In this document: positions 46,701-61,065 of the stretch, one piece after another | Numbering within the stretch: position 1 is the first letter of the stretch | Layout: every line of letters starts with the position of its first letter | Assembly: GCF_009914755.1 (NCBI RefSeq) | Contig: NC_060937.1 | Source of the DNA: the human T2T-CHM13v2.0 reference genome, Homo sapiens | DNA length: 64,000 bases | Reading direction: 5' to 3' (one strand) | Position numbers and translations under genes: made by a program | Notes under the pieces: generated by a model | Database searches by the model: none | Told to the model about the DNA's origin: nothing | Seen by the model: the letters and a program-made list of their open reading frames with translations, nothing else

Positions 46701-48974
46701 CCATTGCATTCCATTCAATTCCATTCCATTCAATTCAATTCAATTCCATCCCACTCCGTTCCACTCCACTCCACTACATTCCATTACATTCGTTTCCATT
46801 CCACTCCATTCCACTCCTATTCACTCTACTGTGCTCCACTCCTCTCCACTACATCCACTCCATCCCATTCCATTCCGCTCCATTCCACTGCACTCCACCC
46901 CACCCCACTCCACTCCACTTCATTCCATTCCATTCCATCCCATTCCATTCCGCTCCATTCCACTTCAATCCACTTCACTCCACTCCACACCAATCCAGAC
47001 GACTCCATTCCATTCCATTCCATTCCATTCCATCCCATTGCATTCCATTCCACTCCACTCCACTCCACTGAATTCCACTCCACTCCACTCCATTCCACTC
47101 CACTCCATTCCACTCCACTTCACTCCATTTCACTCCACTCCACTCCATTCCACTCCATTCCACTCCACTCCATTCCCCTCCACTAAACTCCACTCCCCTC
47201 TATCCCATTCCACTCCTTTCTTTCTAAAGTATCTCTCTCTTTCACACAGGCTGTAGTGCAGTGGCACAATCTCAGCACCCATTCCGTTCCGTTCCATTCC
47301 GTTCCGTCCCGTTCCATTCCATTTCGCTCCACTTCACTCCACAGTACTACATTCCATTACATCCGATTCCATTTCACTACATTAGACTTCTCTCCACTTC
47401 ACTGCACTCCATTCCACTCCATTCCATTCCTTTCCACTCCACTCTGCTCCACTCAATTCCATTCCATTCCATTCCATTCCATTCCAATCCATTCCACTCC
47501 ACTCCACTCCACTCCATTCCATTCACTCCATTCCATTCCACTCCAGTCCATTCCACTCCACTCCATTCCATTCGACTCCACTCCATTCTACTCCACTCCA
47601 TTCCATTCCACTCCACTCCAGTCCATTCCATTCCACTCCACTCCATTACATTCCACGTCACTCCATTCCACTCCACTCTGCTGCATTGCATTGCATTCCA
47701 TTCCTTTCCACTCCACTCCATTCCACTCCACACCACTCCACTACACTCCATTCCACTCCACTGCACTCCTCTCCACTCCATTCCACTCCACTATACTCCA
47801 CTCCATTCCACTCCACTCCATTCCACTCCACTCCACTCCATTCCATTCCACTTCTTTCCATTCCATTCCACTCCAGTCCATTCCACTCCACTCCAGTCCA
47901 TTCCATTCCACTCCACTCCATTCCACTCCACTCCAGTCCACTCCACTCAACTCCCTTCCACTCCACTCCACTCTGCTCCAACCCATTCGACGCCTATCTT
48001 TCGACAGGATCTGCCTCTGTCACACAGGCTGTAGCGCAGTAGTACAATCTCAGCACCTGTTACATTCCTTTTCATTCCATTCCATTCCATTCCATTCCAT
48101 TCCATTCCAATGAATTCCACTCCACTCCACTGCACTCCACTCCATTCCGTTCCACTCTACTCCACTCCACTCCATTTCATTCCATCACATTCCATCCCAC
48201 TCCTTTCCACTCCACTTTACTCTATTCCATTACATTGCACTCCATTCCATTCCAATATTTTCGTTCGACAGGATCTCACTCTGTCACCCAGGCTGGAGTG
48301 CAGTGCCACAATGTCAGCTCACATTTCATTTCCCCATTCCCTTCCCTTCCATTCCATTCCCTTCCCTACCCTTCCATTACGTTCCATTCCCCTAAATTCC
48401 ATTCCACTCCACTCCACTCCACTCCACTGCATTCCATTCCATTCCATTCCATTCAATACCATACCATACCGTTCCATTCCACTCCACTCCACTCCAATCC
48501 ATCCCATTCCATCACATTCCATCCCATTCCGTTCCACTCCATTCGACTATAATCCACTCCACTCCATTCCATTCCATTCCATTCTACACCTGTCCATTCC
48601 ATTCCTTTCTTTCGACAGTATTTCACTCTGTCACACTGGCTGGAGTGCAGTGTTACAATCTCAGCTCATATTTCATTTCATCATTCATTTCTATTCCATT
48701 ACACTCCTTTCCATTCCATTCATTTCCATTCCACTATATTCCATTCCACTCCACTGCACTCCACTCTACTCCACTCGGCTCCACTCCATTCAATTTCATT
48801 CCATTCCACTCCACTCTACTCCACTCCTCTCCATGCCACTCCACTCCACTACATTCAATTCCATTCAATTCCATACCACTCCACTCCTCTCCCCAACACT
48901 CCACTCCACTCCCCTCCATTTCATTCCATTGGATTCCATCCCATTACATTCCTCTACACTCCCGTCCACTCCTC

Positions 48975-50640
48975 TCCACTCCCTTCCATTCCATTCCTCT
49001 CCACTCCATTCCACTCCACTCCACTCCTATCCACTCCACTACACTCCATTCCATTCCACTCCACTCATTTACTTTCCTTACATTCGACAGGATGTCACTC
49101 TGTCGCCCATTCTGGAGTACTGTGGCAGAATCTCAGCTTACATTTCATTTCACTAATCCATTCCATTCCATTCCACTCCACTCCACTCCACTGCACTTTA
49201 CTCCACTCCACTCCACTGCACTCCACTCCACTCCTTTCCATTCTATTCCACTCCATTCCACTCCATTCCATTCCATTCCACGTGACTCCATTCCACTCTC
49301 TGCCACTCCACTCCACTGCACTCCATTCCATTACAGTCCATCCCATTCCATTCCACTCCACACCACTCCACTCCACACTGCTCCACTCCACTCCCTTCAT
49401 TCCATTCCTCTCCACTCCATTCCACTCCACTCCACTCCTATCCACTCCACTACACTCCATTCCATTCCACTCCACTCAATTACTTTCCTTACATTCGACA
49501 GGATGTCACTCTGTCGCCCATTCTGGAGTACTGTGGCAGAATCTCAGCTTACATTTCATTTCACTAATCCATTCCATTCCATTCCACTCCACTCCACTCC
49601 ACTGCACTTTACTCCACTCCACTCCACTGCACTCCACTCCACTCCTTTCCATTCTATTCCACTCCATTCCACTCCATTCCATTCCATTCCACGTGACTCC
49701 ATTCCACTCTCTGCCACTCCACTCCACTGCACTCCATTCCATTACAGTCCATCCCATTCCATTCCACTCCACACCACTCCACTCCACACTGCTCCACTCC
49801 ACTCCCTTCATTCCATTCCTCTCCACTCCATTCCACTCCACTCCACTCCTATCCACTCCACTACACTCCATTCCATTCCACTCCACTCAATTACTTTCCT
49901 TACATTCGACAGGATGTCACTCTGTCGCCCATTCTGGAGTACTGTGGCAGAATCTCAGCTTACATTTCATTTCACTAATCCATTCCATTCCATTCCACTC
50001 CACTCCACTCCACTGCACTTTACTCCACTCCACTCCACTGCACTCCACTCCACTCCTTTCCATTCTATTCCACTCCATTCCATTCCATTCCATTCCACGT
50101 GACTCCATTCCACTCTCTGCCACTCCACTCCACTGCACTCCATTCCATTACAGTCCATCCCATTCCATTCCACTCCACACCACTCCACTCCACACCGCTC
50201 CACTCCACTCCCTTCATTCCATTCCTCTCCACTCCATTCCACTCCACTCCACTCCTATCCACTCCACTCCACTCCATTCCATTCCACTCCACTCAATTAC
50301 ATTCCTTACATTCGACAGGATGTCACTCTGTCGCCCATTCTGGAGTACTGTGGCAGAATCTCAGCTTACATTTCATTTCACTAATCCATTCCATTCCATT
50401 CCATTCCACTCCACTCCACTCCACTGCACTTTACTCCACTCCACTCCACTGCACTCCACTCCACTCCTTTCCATTCTATTCCACTCCATTCCACTCCATT
50501 CCATTCCATTCCATTCCACGTGACTCCATTCCACTCTCTGCCACTCCACTCCACTGCACTCCATTCCATTACAGTCCATCCCATTCCATTCCACTCCACA
50601 CCACTCCACTCCACACCGCTCCACTCCACTCCATTCCATT
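48975..50640. repeat. Near-perfect 411-bp tandem repeat, ~4 copies
   Basis: Identical cassette 'cattcgacaggatgtcactctgtcgcccattctggagtactgtggcagaatc' at ~49086, 49497, 49908, 50314; identical 126-aa ORFs at 49095-49475 and 49506-49886. Confidence 0.95.
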
Positions 50641-53262
50641 CCATTTCTTTCTTTCGACAGCATCTCACTCTGTCACCCAGGCTGGCGTGCTGTGGCACAA
50701 ATTCGGCTCACATTTCATTTCACTATTCCATTCCATTCCATTCCATTGCGTTCCATTCCATTGCATTCCATTCAATTCTATTCCACTCCATTCTATTCCA
50801 CTCGACTCCGTTCCACTCTCCGCCACTCCAGTCCACTCCACTCCACTGCACTCGATGGCATTCCATTCCATCCCATGTCATTGCACTCCAATCCATTCTA
50901 GTCCACTCCAATCCACTCCCCTCCACCATAATCCATTCCATTCCATCAGATTCCATTCCACTCCATTCCACTCAACTCCATTCCACTCCACCCCATTCCA
51001 TTCAACTCCACTCCACTCCACTCCGTTCCATTCCACTCCATTTCACTCAACTCCAATCCACTCCACTCCTTCCTATTACAATTCTTTCTTTTGACAGGAT
51101 CTCCCTCTGTCACACAGGCTGTAGTGCAGTGGCACAATCTAAGTATCCATTTCATTCCATTCCATTCCATTCCACTCCATTTCACTCCCCTCCACTCCAC
51201 TCTATTCCATTCCACTCCACTCCACTACACTCCACTACACTCCATTCAACTCCTTGTGTTTCCATTCCACTCCATTCCATTCCACTCCTTTCCAGTAAAT
51301 TGCACTCAACTCCTTTCCACTCCATTTCACTCCACTCCATTCCATTCCACTCAACTGCACTGCACTTCACTACACTCCATTCCATTCCATTCCACCACAC
51401 TCCACTCCATTCCATTCCTTTATCATTCATTCCATTCCATTTCACTTCAGTCAATTCCATTCCATTCCACTCAACTCCAATCCACTCCACTTCTTCCCAT
51501 TAGAATTATTTCTTTCGACAGGATCTCCCTCTATCACACAGGCTGTAGCGCAGTGGCACAATCTCAGCACCAATTCCATTCCATTCCATTCCACTCAGTT
51601 CCATTCCATTCCATTCAATTCCACTGAACTCCACTCCACGCAACTCCATTCCATTCCAGTCCACTACATTCCATTCCATTCCATTCCACTCCACTCCATT
51701 GCACTGCTCTCCATCCCATTCCACTCCAATCCATTCCACTCCATTCCATTCCATTCCACTCCACTCCGTTACATTAATCTCCAATTCCACTCAACTCCAC
51801 TCCACAACACTCCACTACACTCCTTCCCATTCCACTCCTTTCTTTTGACAGGTTCCCCTACTGTCACATAGGCTGTAGCACAGTGGCACAGTCTAAGTAT
51901 CCATTTCATTCCATTCCATTCCATTCAACTCCATTTCACTCCACTCCACTCTATTCCATTCCACTCCACTCCACTCCACTCCATTCCATTCCACTCCACT
52001 CAACTCCATTCCACTCCACTCAACTCCATTCTAGTCGACTCCAGTCCATTCCACTCCATTCCAGTGAATTCCACTCCACTCCATTCTATTCCACTCCACT
52101 CCATTGCATTCCACCACACTCCATTGCACTCCACTCCACTGCACTCCATTCCATTCCACTCCACTCCACTCCATTCCATTCCACTCCACTCAACTCCATT
52201 CCACTCCACTCAACTCCATTCCAGTTGACTCCAGTCCATTCCACTCCATTCCAGTAAATTCCACTCCACTCCATTCTATTCCGCTATACTCCATTGCATT
52301 CCACCACACTCCATTGCACTCCACTCCACTCCACTCCATTCTACTCCATTCCTTTCCATTCCACTCCACTCCATTCCATTCAATTCCACTCCAGTCCATT
52401 TCACCCCACTCCAGTCCATTCCACTCCACTCCATCCCATTCCACTCCTCTCCATTCCATTCCATTCCACTCAACTCTAATCCATTAAACTCCACTCCCCG
52501 CCATTCCACATCACTCCACTCCTCTCCACTCCATTCCACTCCACTCCACTCCACTCAATCCCTTATACTCCTTTCTCCCGACAGGATCTCCCTCTATCAC
52601 ACAGGCAGTAGCTTAGTGGCGTGATTACAGCACACATTTCATTCCGTTCCATTCCATTCTGTTCCGTTGCATTCCTTTCCACTCCACTCCACTCCCCTCC
52701 ACTATATTCCATTACATCCGATTCCATTCCACTCCATTCGGCTCCACTCCACTTCACTGCACTTCATTCCACTCCATTTCACTCCATTCCTTTCCACTCC
52801 ACCCCACTCAACTCCACTCCATTCCATTCCGTCGCATTCCATTTCACTGCACTCCACTGCACTCCACTCAATTCCACTCCACACCAATCTACTTTATTAC
52901 ATTCCATTTCATTCCACTCTACTCCACTTCACACCTCTCCATTCCATTCCACTCCACTCCATTCCATTCCAGTTCATTCCACTCCACTCCACTGCACTCC
53001 ACTCCACTTCATCCATTGCACTCCATTCCATTGCACTCCACTCCACTCCACTCCTTTCCATTCCATTCCATTCCATTGCACTGCACTCCACTCCACCCCT
53101 CTCCATTCAGTTCCATTCCATTCCATTACATTTCTCTCCACTCTCCTCCACACCACTTCATTCAATTGCACTCCACTCCATTCCATTCCATTCCAGTCCA
53201 CTCTACTCCACTCCAGTGCACTCCACTCCACTCCATTCTACTCCACTCCACTCCACTCCAAT

Positions 53263-53685
53263 CCACTCCAGTCCACTACATCGCATTCCACTCTTTTCAT
53301 TCGACAGGATCTCCCTCTGTCACACATGCTGCAGTGCAGTGGCACAATCTCAGCACCCATTACATTCCACACCATTCCATTCCATTCCAGTGCATTCCAT
53401 TCCATTTCATTCCATTCCATTTCTTTCCAGTCCACTCCACTCCACTCGAGTCCATTCCACTCCACTCCACTCCTATCCACTCCAGTCCACTACATCGCAT
53501 TCCACTCTTTTCATTCGACAGGATCTCCCTCTGTCACACAGGCTGCAGTGCAGTGGCACAATCTCAGCACCCATTACATTCCACACCATTCCATTCCATT
53601 CCAGTGCATTCCATTCCATTTCATTCCATTCCATTTCTTTCCAGTCCACTCCACTCCACTCGAGTCCATTCCACTCCACTCCAGT
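53263..53685. repeat. 214-bp tandem duplication
   Basis: 'gtccactacatcgcattccactcttttcattcgacaggatctccctctgtcacaca' twice (cassettes at ~53303 and ~53517). Confidence 0.9.
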
Positions 53686-56600
53686 CCTTTACACTCCACT
53701 CCAATCCATTCCACTCAACTCCATTCCACTTCACTGCACTCTGCTACACTCCGTCACATTCCACTCTTTTCTTTCGACAGGATCTCCGTCTATCACACTG
53801 TAGTGCAGTGGCACAATCACAGCACCCATTCCATTCCATTCTATTCTATTCCATTCCATTATATTACATTCCACTCAACTCCACTCCACCCCACTCCATT
53901 CCATTCCACTCCCCTCCATTCCATTCCACTCTACTACACTCCATTCCACACCACTCGACTACACTCCACTCCATTGCCCTCCATTGCACTCCAATCCACT
54001 CCTCTCCACACCTCTCCACTCCACTCCATTGCATTCCAGTCCACTCCTTTCTAATCCATTCCACTCCAGTCCATTCCACTCCATTCCAGTCAATTATACC
54101 CCATTCCATTCAATTCCCTTCCACTCCATTGCATTCCATTCCACTCAATTCCACTCCACTCCACTCCATTCCACTCCAATCCATTCCATTCCACTCCATT
54201 CCATTCCACTTCAGGCCTTTCCATTCCACTACACTACATTCCATTCCAATCCACTCCATTCCTTTCCTCTAATCCCCATTCCATTCCATTCCACTCCACT
54301 CCATCCACTCCTCTCCAATCCACTCCACTCCACTCCATTCCACTCCACTCCACTCCACTGCACTCCACCCAATCCCATTCCACTCCTTTCTTTCAACAGG
54401 CTCTCCCTCTGTCAAACAGGCTGTAGCACAGTGGCACAATCTCAGCACACATTCCGTTCCGTTCCATTATGTTTTGTTCCTTTCCATTCCGTTCCACTCC
54501 ACTCAACTCAACTCCACCACATTCCATTACATCTGATTCCATTCCAATCCATTCCGCTCCTCTCAACTCTACTGCACTCCATTCCACTCCATTTCTTTCC
54601 ATTCCTTTCAAATCCACTCCACTCTAAACAACTCCACTACATTGCATTCCATTCCATTCCACTCCACTGCAATCCACTCCACTGAATTCCACTCCACTCC
54701 ACTCCACCTTTCCATTCCATTCTATTCCACTACACTCCACTCAAAACCACTGCATTTCATTCCACTGCAGTCCATAGATTTCCATTCCATTACACTGGAC
54801 TCCACTGCACTCCAGTCCACTACACTCTATTCAACTCCACTCAACTCCACTACACTCCATTCCACTCCATTCCTTTCCTTTAAAATCCGTTCCGTTCCAT
54901 TCAACTCCAGCCCATTCCACACCATTCCAGTAAATTCCACTCCATTCCATTCCATTCAATTCCACTCCACTCCGTTCCATTCCATTCAACTCCACTACAC
55001 TCCACTACGCTCCACTCTATTCCACCACACTCCAATCCATTCCACACCACCCCATTCCAATCATTTTCACTCAAGTCAATTCCACTCCACTCCAGTACAT
55101 TCCACTCCACTCCATTCCACTATATTGTTTCATTCCACTCCACTCCATTCCATTCCATTCCACTCCACTCCACTTCATTCCACTCCACTCCACTCCACTC
55201 CACTCCACTCCACTCCATTCCACTCCATTCCACTGAACTCCAATCCACAACACTCCTTCACATTCCAATTCTTTCTTTCGACAGAATCTCCCTCTGTCAC
55301 ACAGGATGTAGTGCAGTGGCTCAATCTCTGCACTTATTCTATTCTATTCCATTCCATTCCATTCCATTCCACTGCTCTCCACTACCCTCCACTCAATTCC
55401 ACTCCACTCCACTAAATTCCACTCCCCTCCACTTCACTTCATTCCATCCCATTCTATTCTACTCTACTCCAATCCGCGCCTATCCATTCCATTCCACTCC
55501 TCTCCATTTCATTCCAGTTCATTCCATTTCATTCCATTCGACTCAACTCCACTCCACTTCATTCCGTTCCACTCCATTCCTTTCTGCTCCACTCCACACC
55601 ATTCCATTCCACTCCACTCCATTGCATTCCATTCCATTCCATTCCATTGCACTACATTCCATTCCCTTCCATTCCATTCCACTACATTCCATTCCATTCC
55701 ACTCCATTCCACTGCTCTCCACTCCACTCGACTCAAATCCATTCCACTCCACTCCACTCCACTCCATTCCATTCCATTCCATTCCAATCCATTTCATTAA
55801 ACTCCACTCCACTCCATTCCACCACACTCCACTCCATTCCTTTCTACTCAATTCCACTCCACCCCACTCCACTGCACTCCATTCCACTCCACTCCACTCC
55901 ACTCCACTTCATTCCCCTCCACACCACTCTGTTCCTCTCCATTCCACTCCACTACACTCCACTTCACTCCACTCCATCCCATTCCACTCCTTTCGCTCGA
56001 CAGGTTCTCCCTCTGTCACACAGGCTGTAGAGCAATGGCACAATCTCAACACCCATTCCTTTCCATTCCATTGCATTCTACTCCATTCCTTTCCATTTCA
56101 CTCAAGTCTACTCCACACCACTCCATTCCATTCCACTCCACTTCATTCTGTTGCATTCCATTCCACTCCACTCCATTCTACTCCACTCCACGACATTCCA
56201 CTCCACTCCACTCATTCCATTCCGTTCCACTCCATTCCATTCCATTCCACTCTAGTCCATACCACTCTAATCCAGTAAATTCCACTCCACTCCATTCCAT
56301 TCCATTCCACTCCACCCTGTTCCATTACACACAATTCCTCTCCACTCCACTCCACTGCAATCCATTCCACTCCACTTCACTCCATTCCATTCCACTCCAT
56401 TCCATTCCACTCCAGTCCATTCCATTCCACTCAAGTCCATTCCAATCGATTCCACTCCATTCCACTCCACTCCACTCCATCCACTCCTCTCCACTCCTTT
56501 CCACTCCACTCCACTGCATTCCACTCCACTACACTCCACTCCGTTCTGCTCCACTCCACTCCACTCCACCCCATTCCATTCCATTTCACTCCTTTCTTTC

Positions 56601-59600
56601 AACAGGACCTCCCTCTGTCACACAGGCTGTAGCACAGTGACACAATCTCAGCACACATTTTGTTCCGTTTCATTCTGTTTCCTTCCATTCCATTTTGTTC
56701 CACTCCACTCCATTCCATTCAACTGCATTCCAGTCCATTCCATTACGCACCATTCCATTCCATTCCACTCCAGTCCATTCCATTCCATTCAACTCCACTC
56801 CACTCCATTCCACTACAGTCCCGTTCTTTCCATTTCACTGCACTCCATTCCATTCGACTCTTCTCCACTCGATTCCACTCCACTCCACTCCATTAAAATC
56901 CACTCCACTGAATTCCACTCCATTCCACTCCACTCCACTCCATTCCACTCCACTCCACTCCATTCCACTCCACTCCACTCCACTACACTGCACTCCAACC
57001 CATTCCACTCCTTTCTTTCGACAGGGTCTCCTTCTGTCACACAGGGTGTTGTGCAGTGGCACAATCTCAGCACGCATTTCATTCCATTCTATTCCATTCC
57101 ACTCCACTCCACTCCATACCACTCCACTGCACTCCACTCCATCCCATTCCACTCCTTTTATTCGACAGGATCTCCCACCGTCACACAGGCTGTAGCGCAG
57201 TGGCACAATCTCAACACCTGTTCTGTTCCATTCCGTTGCACTCTATTCCGTTCCATTCTGTTCCACTGCACTCCACTCCACTCCATTCCACTCCACTCCA
57301 CTACATTCCATTACATAAGATTCCATTCCTGTCCATTCCACTACTCTCCACTGCGCTGCACTACATTCCACTTCATTCCACTCCATTCCATTCCACTCCA
57401 CTTTAGTCCTCTCCACTCCTCTCTACTCCACTCCATGCCATTCCACTTCTCTCCAATCCACAACACTCCAATCCATTCCACTCCACTCCATTCTATTCCA
57501 TTCCACTCCAATCCATTCCATTAAACTCCACTCCACTCCACCACACTCCACTCCATTCCTTTCTACTCCATTCCACTCCACCCCACCCCACTGAACTCCA
57601 TTCCACTTCCCTCCACTCCAGTCCACTCCACTCCATTCCACTCCACTCCACTCCACTCCACTCCAGTCCACTCCACTCCATTCCACTCCACTCCACTCCA
57701 CTCCACTCCATTCCAATCCACACCACTCCGTTCCTCTCCATTCCACTCCACTGCACTCCACTCCCATCCATTCCACTCCACTGCACTCCACTCCCCTCCA
57801 TTCCACTCCACACCACTCCGTTCCTCTCCATTCCACTCCACTCCTCTCCACTCCATCCAAATCCACACCTTTCTTTATGCAGGATCTCCCTCTGTCACAC
57901 AGACTGTAGCACAATGGCACAATCTCAACACCCATTCCATTCCATTCCATGACATTCCATTCCATTCCTTTCAATTTCACTCAAATCTATTCCACGCCAC
58001 TCCATTCCATTCCACTCCACTCCATTCTACTCCACTCCACTCCGCTCCATTCCACTCCACTCCACTCCATTCCACTCCATTCTACTCCATTCCATTCCAC
58101 TCCTGTCCATACCACTCCACTCCAGTAAATTCCACTCTGTTCCATTCCATTCTATTCCACTCCGCCCCATTTCATTACACACAATTCCAATCCACTCCAC
58201 TCCACTCCACTACACTACACTCCATTCCACTCCACTCCACTCCTCTCCATTCCATTCCACTCCATTCCATTCCATTCCTCTCCAGTATATTCCATTCCAC
58301 TAAAGTCTATTCCACTCCACTCCACTCCACTCCTCTAAACTGCATTCCATTCCACTTCACTCCATTCCATTCCACACCTCTCCACTCCATCCACTCCTCT
58401 CCACTCCATTCCACTCCACTCCCTGCATTCCACTCTACTCAACTCCACTCCACTTCATTCTGCTCCACTCCACTCCACTCCACCCCACTCCATCCCATTC
58501 CACTCCTTTCTTTCAACAGGATCTCCCTCTGTCACAGACTCTGTAGCTCAGTGGCACAATCTCAGCACACGTTTCGTTCCGATCCATTCCATTACGTTCC
58601 ATTCCATTTTGTTCCACTCCATTCCATTCCACTCCTCTCTACCCCATTCCATTCAACTCCATTCCAGTCCATTCCGTTCTACACCATTCCATTCCACTCC
58701 ACTCCAGTCCATTCCATTCAACTCCACTCCAGTCCATTCCACTACAATCCAATTGATTCCATTTCACTGCACTCCATTCCATTCCACTCCTCTCCACTCC
58801 ATTCCTCTCCACTCCACTCCATTCCACTCCACTACACTGCATTCCACTCCATTCCACTCCACTCCACTCCACTCCACTCCAACCCTTTCCACTCCTTTCT
58901 TTCAACAGGGTCTCCTTCTGTCACACAGGCTGTAGCACAGTTGCACAATCTCAGAACCCATTTCAATCCATTCTGTACCATTCATCTCCCTTCCACTCCA
59001 CTCCTCTCCTCTCCACTCCATTCCACTCCATTCCATTCCATTCCAGTCCACTCCAGTCCATTCCACACCTTCCAGTAAATTCCACTCCACTCCATTCCAT
59101 TCCATTACACTCCACTCGATTCTACTCCACTCCAATCCACTCGATTCCACTCCCCTCCACTTCATTCCATTCCATTGCATTCCAATCCATTCCATTCCAC
59201 TAGAATTTTTTCCATTCCACCCCAGTCTATTCCGCACCACTGCAGTCCATTCCACTCCACTTCATTCCATTCCACTGCACTCCATTGCATTCCACTCCAC
59301 TCCACTCCAATCCATTAACCTCCACTCCACTCCATTGTACACCTTTCCACCCCTCTCCACTGCATTCCACTCCAATCCACTCCATCCCATTCCACTACTT
59401 TCTTTCGACAGGGTCTCCATCACACAGGTTGTAGTGCAGTTGCACATACTCAGCACACATTCCGTTCCATTCCATTCCATTATATTCTGTTCCGTTCCGT
59501 TTCATTCCTTTCCACTCCACTCCACTCCACTCCAATACATTACATTACCTCAAATTCCATTCCACTCCATTCCACTACTCTCTACTTCACTGCACTCCAT

Positions 59601-60699
59601 TCCACTCCATTCCTTTCCACTCCACTCAAATCCACTCCATTCCATTCCACTCCATGCCATTCCATTCCATTCCACTGAACTCCACTACCCTCCACTCAAT
59701 TGCACTCCACTCCACTTCATTCCATTCCATTCCATTCTACTCTACTCCACTCCACGTCTCTCCATTCCATTCCACTCCGTTTCATTCCTTTCCAGTTCAT
59801 TCCATGCCACTCCATTCCACTCCACTCTACTTCTTTCCACTCCACTTCCTTCCATTCCACTCCATTCCAGTCCGCTCCACTCCACTCCATTCCATTCCAC
59901 TCCACTGCATTGCATTCCACTCCATTCCATTCCACTCCAATCCAGTCCATTCCACTGCACTCCATTCCATTCCACTCGAATCCATTGGATTCCACTCCAT
60001 TCCATTCCACTCGAATCCATTCGATTTCACTCCATTCCATTCCACTCCACTCCTCTCCTCTCCACTCCACTCCATCCCATTGCACTGCTTTTTTTGACAG
60101 GATCTCCTTCTGTCATAAAGGCTGTAGCGCAGTGGCACAAACTCAGCACCCATTCTATTCCATTCCATTCCATTCCATTCCTCTCCACTCCACACCACTC
60201 CACTGCAATCAACTCCATCCCATTCCACTCCATTCTTTCGACAGGATCTCCCTGTGTCACACAGGGTGCAGTGCAGTGGCACACTCTGAGAACCAGTTCC
60301 GTTCCGTTCCGTTCCGTTGTATTCTGTTCCATTGCATTCCATTCCACTCCACTCCATTCCACTCCACTCCACTACGTTCCATTATAAAAGATTCCATTCC
60401 ACTTAATTCCACTCCTCTCCACTCCACTGCACTCGATTCCACTCCATTCCACTGCATTCCTTTCCACTCCACTTCAATCCTCTCCACTCCACTCCACTCC
60501 ACTCCACTCCACTCCACTCCACTCTACTCCACTCCATTCCATTGCATTCCATTCCACTACATTACATTCCGTTCCATTCCATTGCAGTCCACTCCACTCA
60601 ACTCAATTCTACTCCACTCCACTCCTCCGTTTCATGCAATTTGACTACATTCCATTCCATTCCATTCCACTCCACTCCACTCCATTCCACTCCATTCCA

Positions 60700-61065
60700 C
60701 TCCACTCCACTTCATCCCATTCCACTCCTTTCTTTTGACAGGTTTTCCCTCTGTCACAAAGGCTATTTCACAGTGGCACAATCTCAGATCCCATTCCATG
60801 CCATTCCATTCCATTTTATTCCATTCCATTCCATTCCATTCCATTCCTTTCCAGTAAATTCCACTGAACTCCATTCAATTCCAGTCCACTCCACTCCACT
60901 CCACTCCATTTCATCCCATTCCACTCCTTTCTTTTGACAGGGTTTCCCTCTGTCACAAAGGCTATTTCACAGTGGCACAATCTCGTATCCCATTCCATGC
61001 CATTCCATTCCATTTTATTCCATTCCATTCTTTTCCAGTAAATTCCACTGAACTCCTTTCAATTC
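60700..61065. repeat. 199-bp tandem duplication
   Basis: Rare cassette variant 'ctctgtcacaaaggctatttcacagtggcacaatctc' at ~60737 and ~60936 with matching flanks. Confidence 0.88.
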
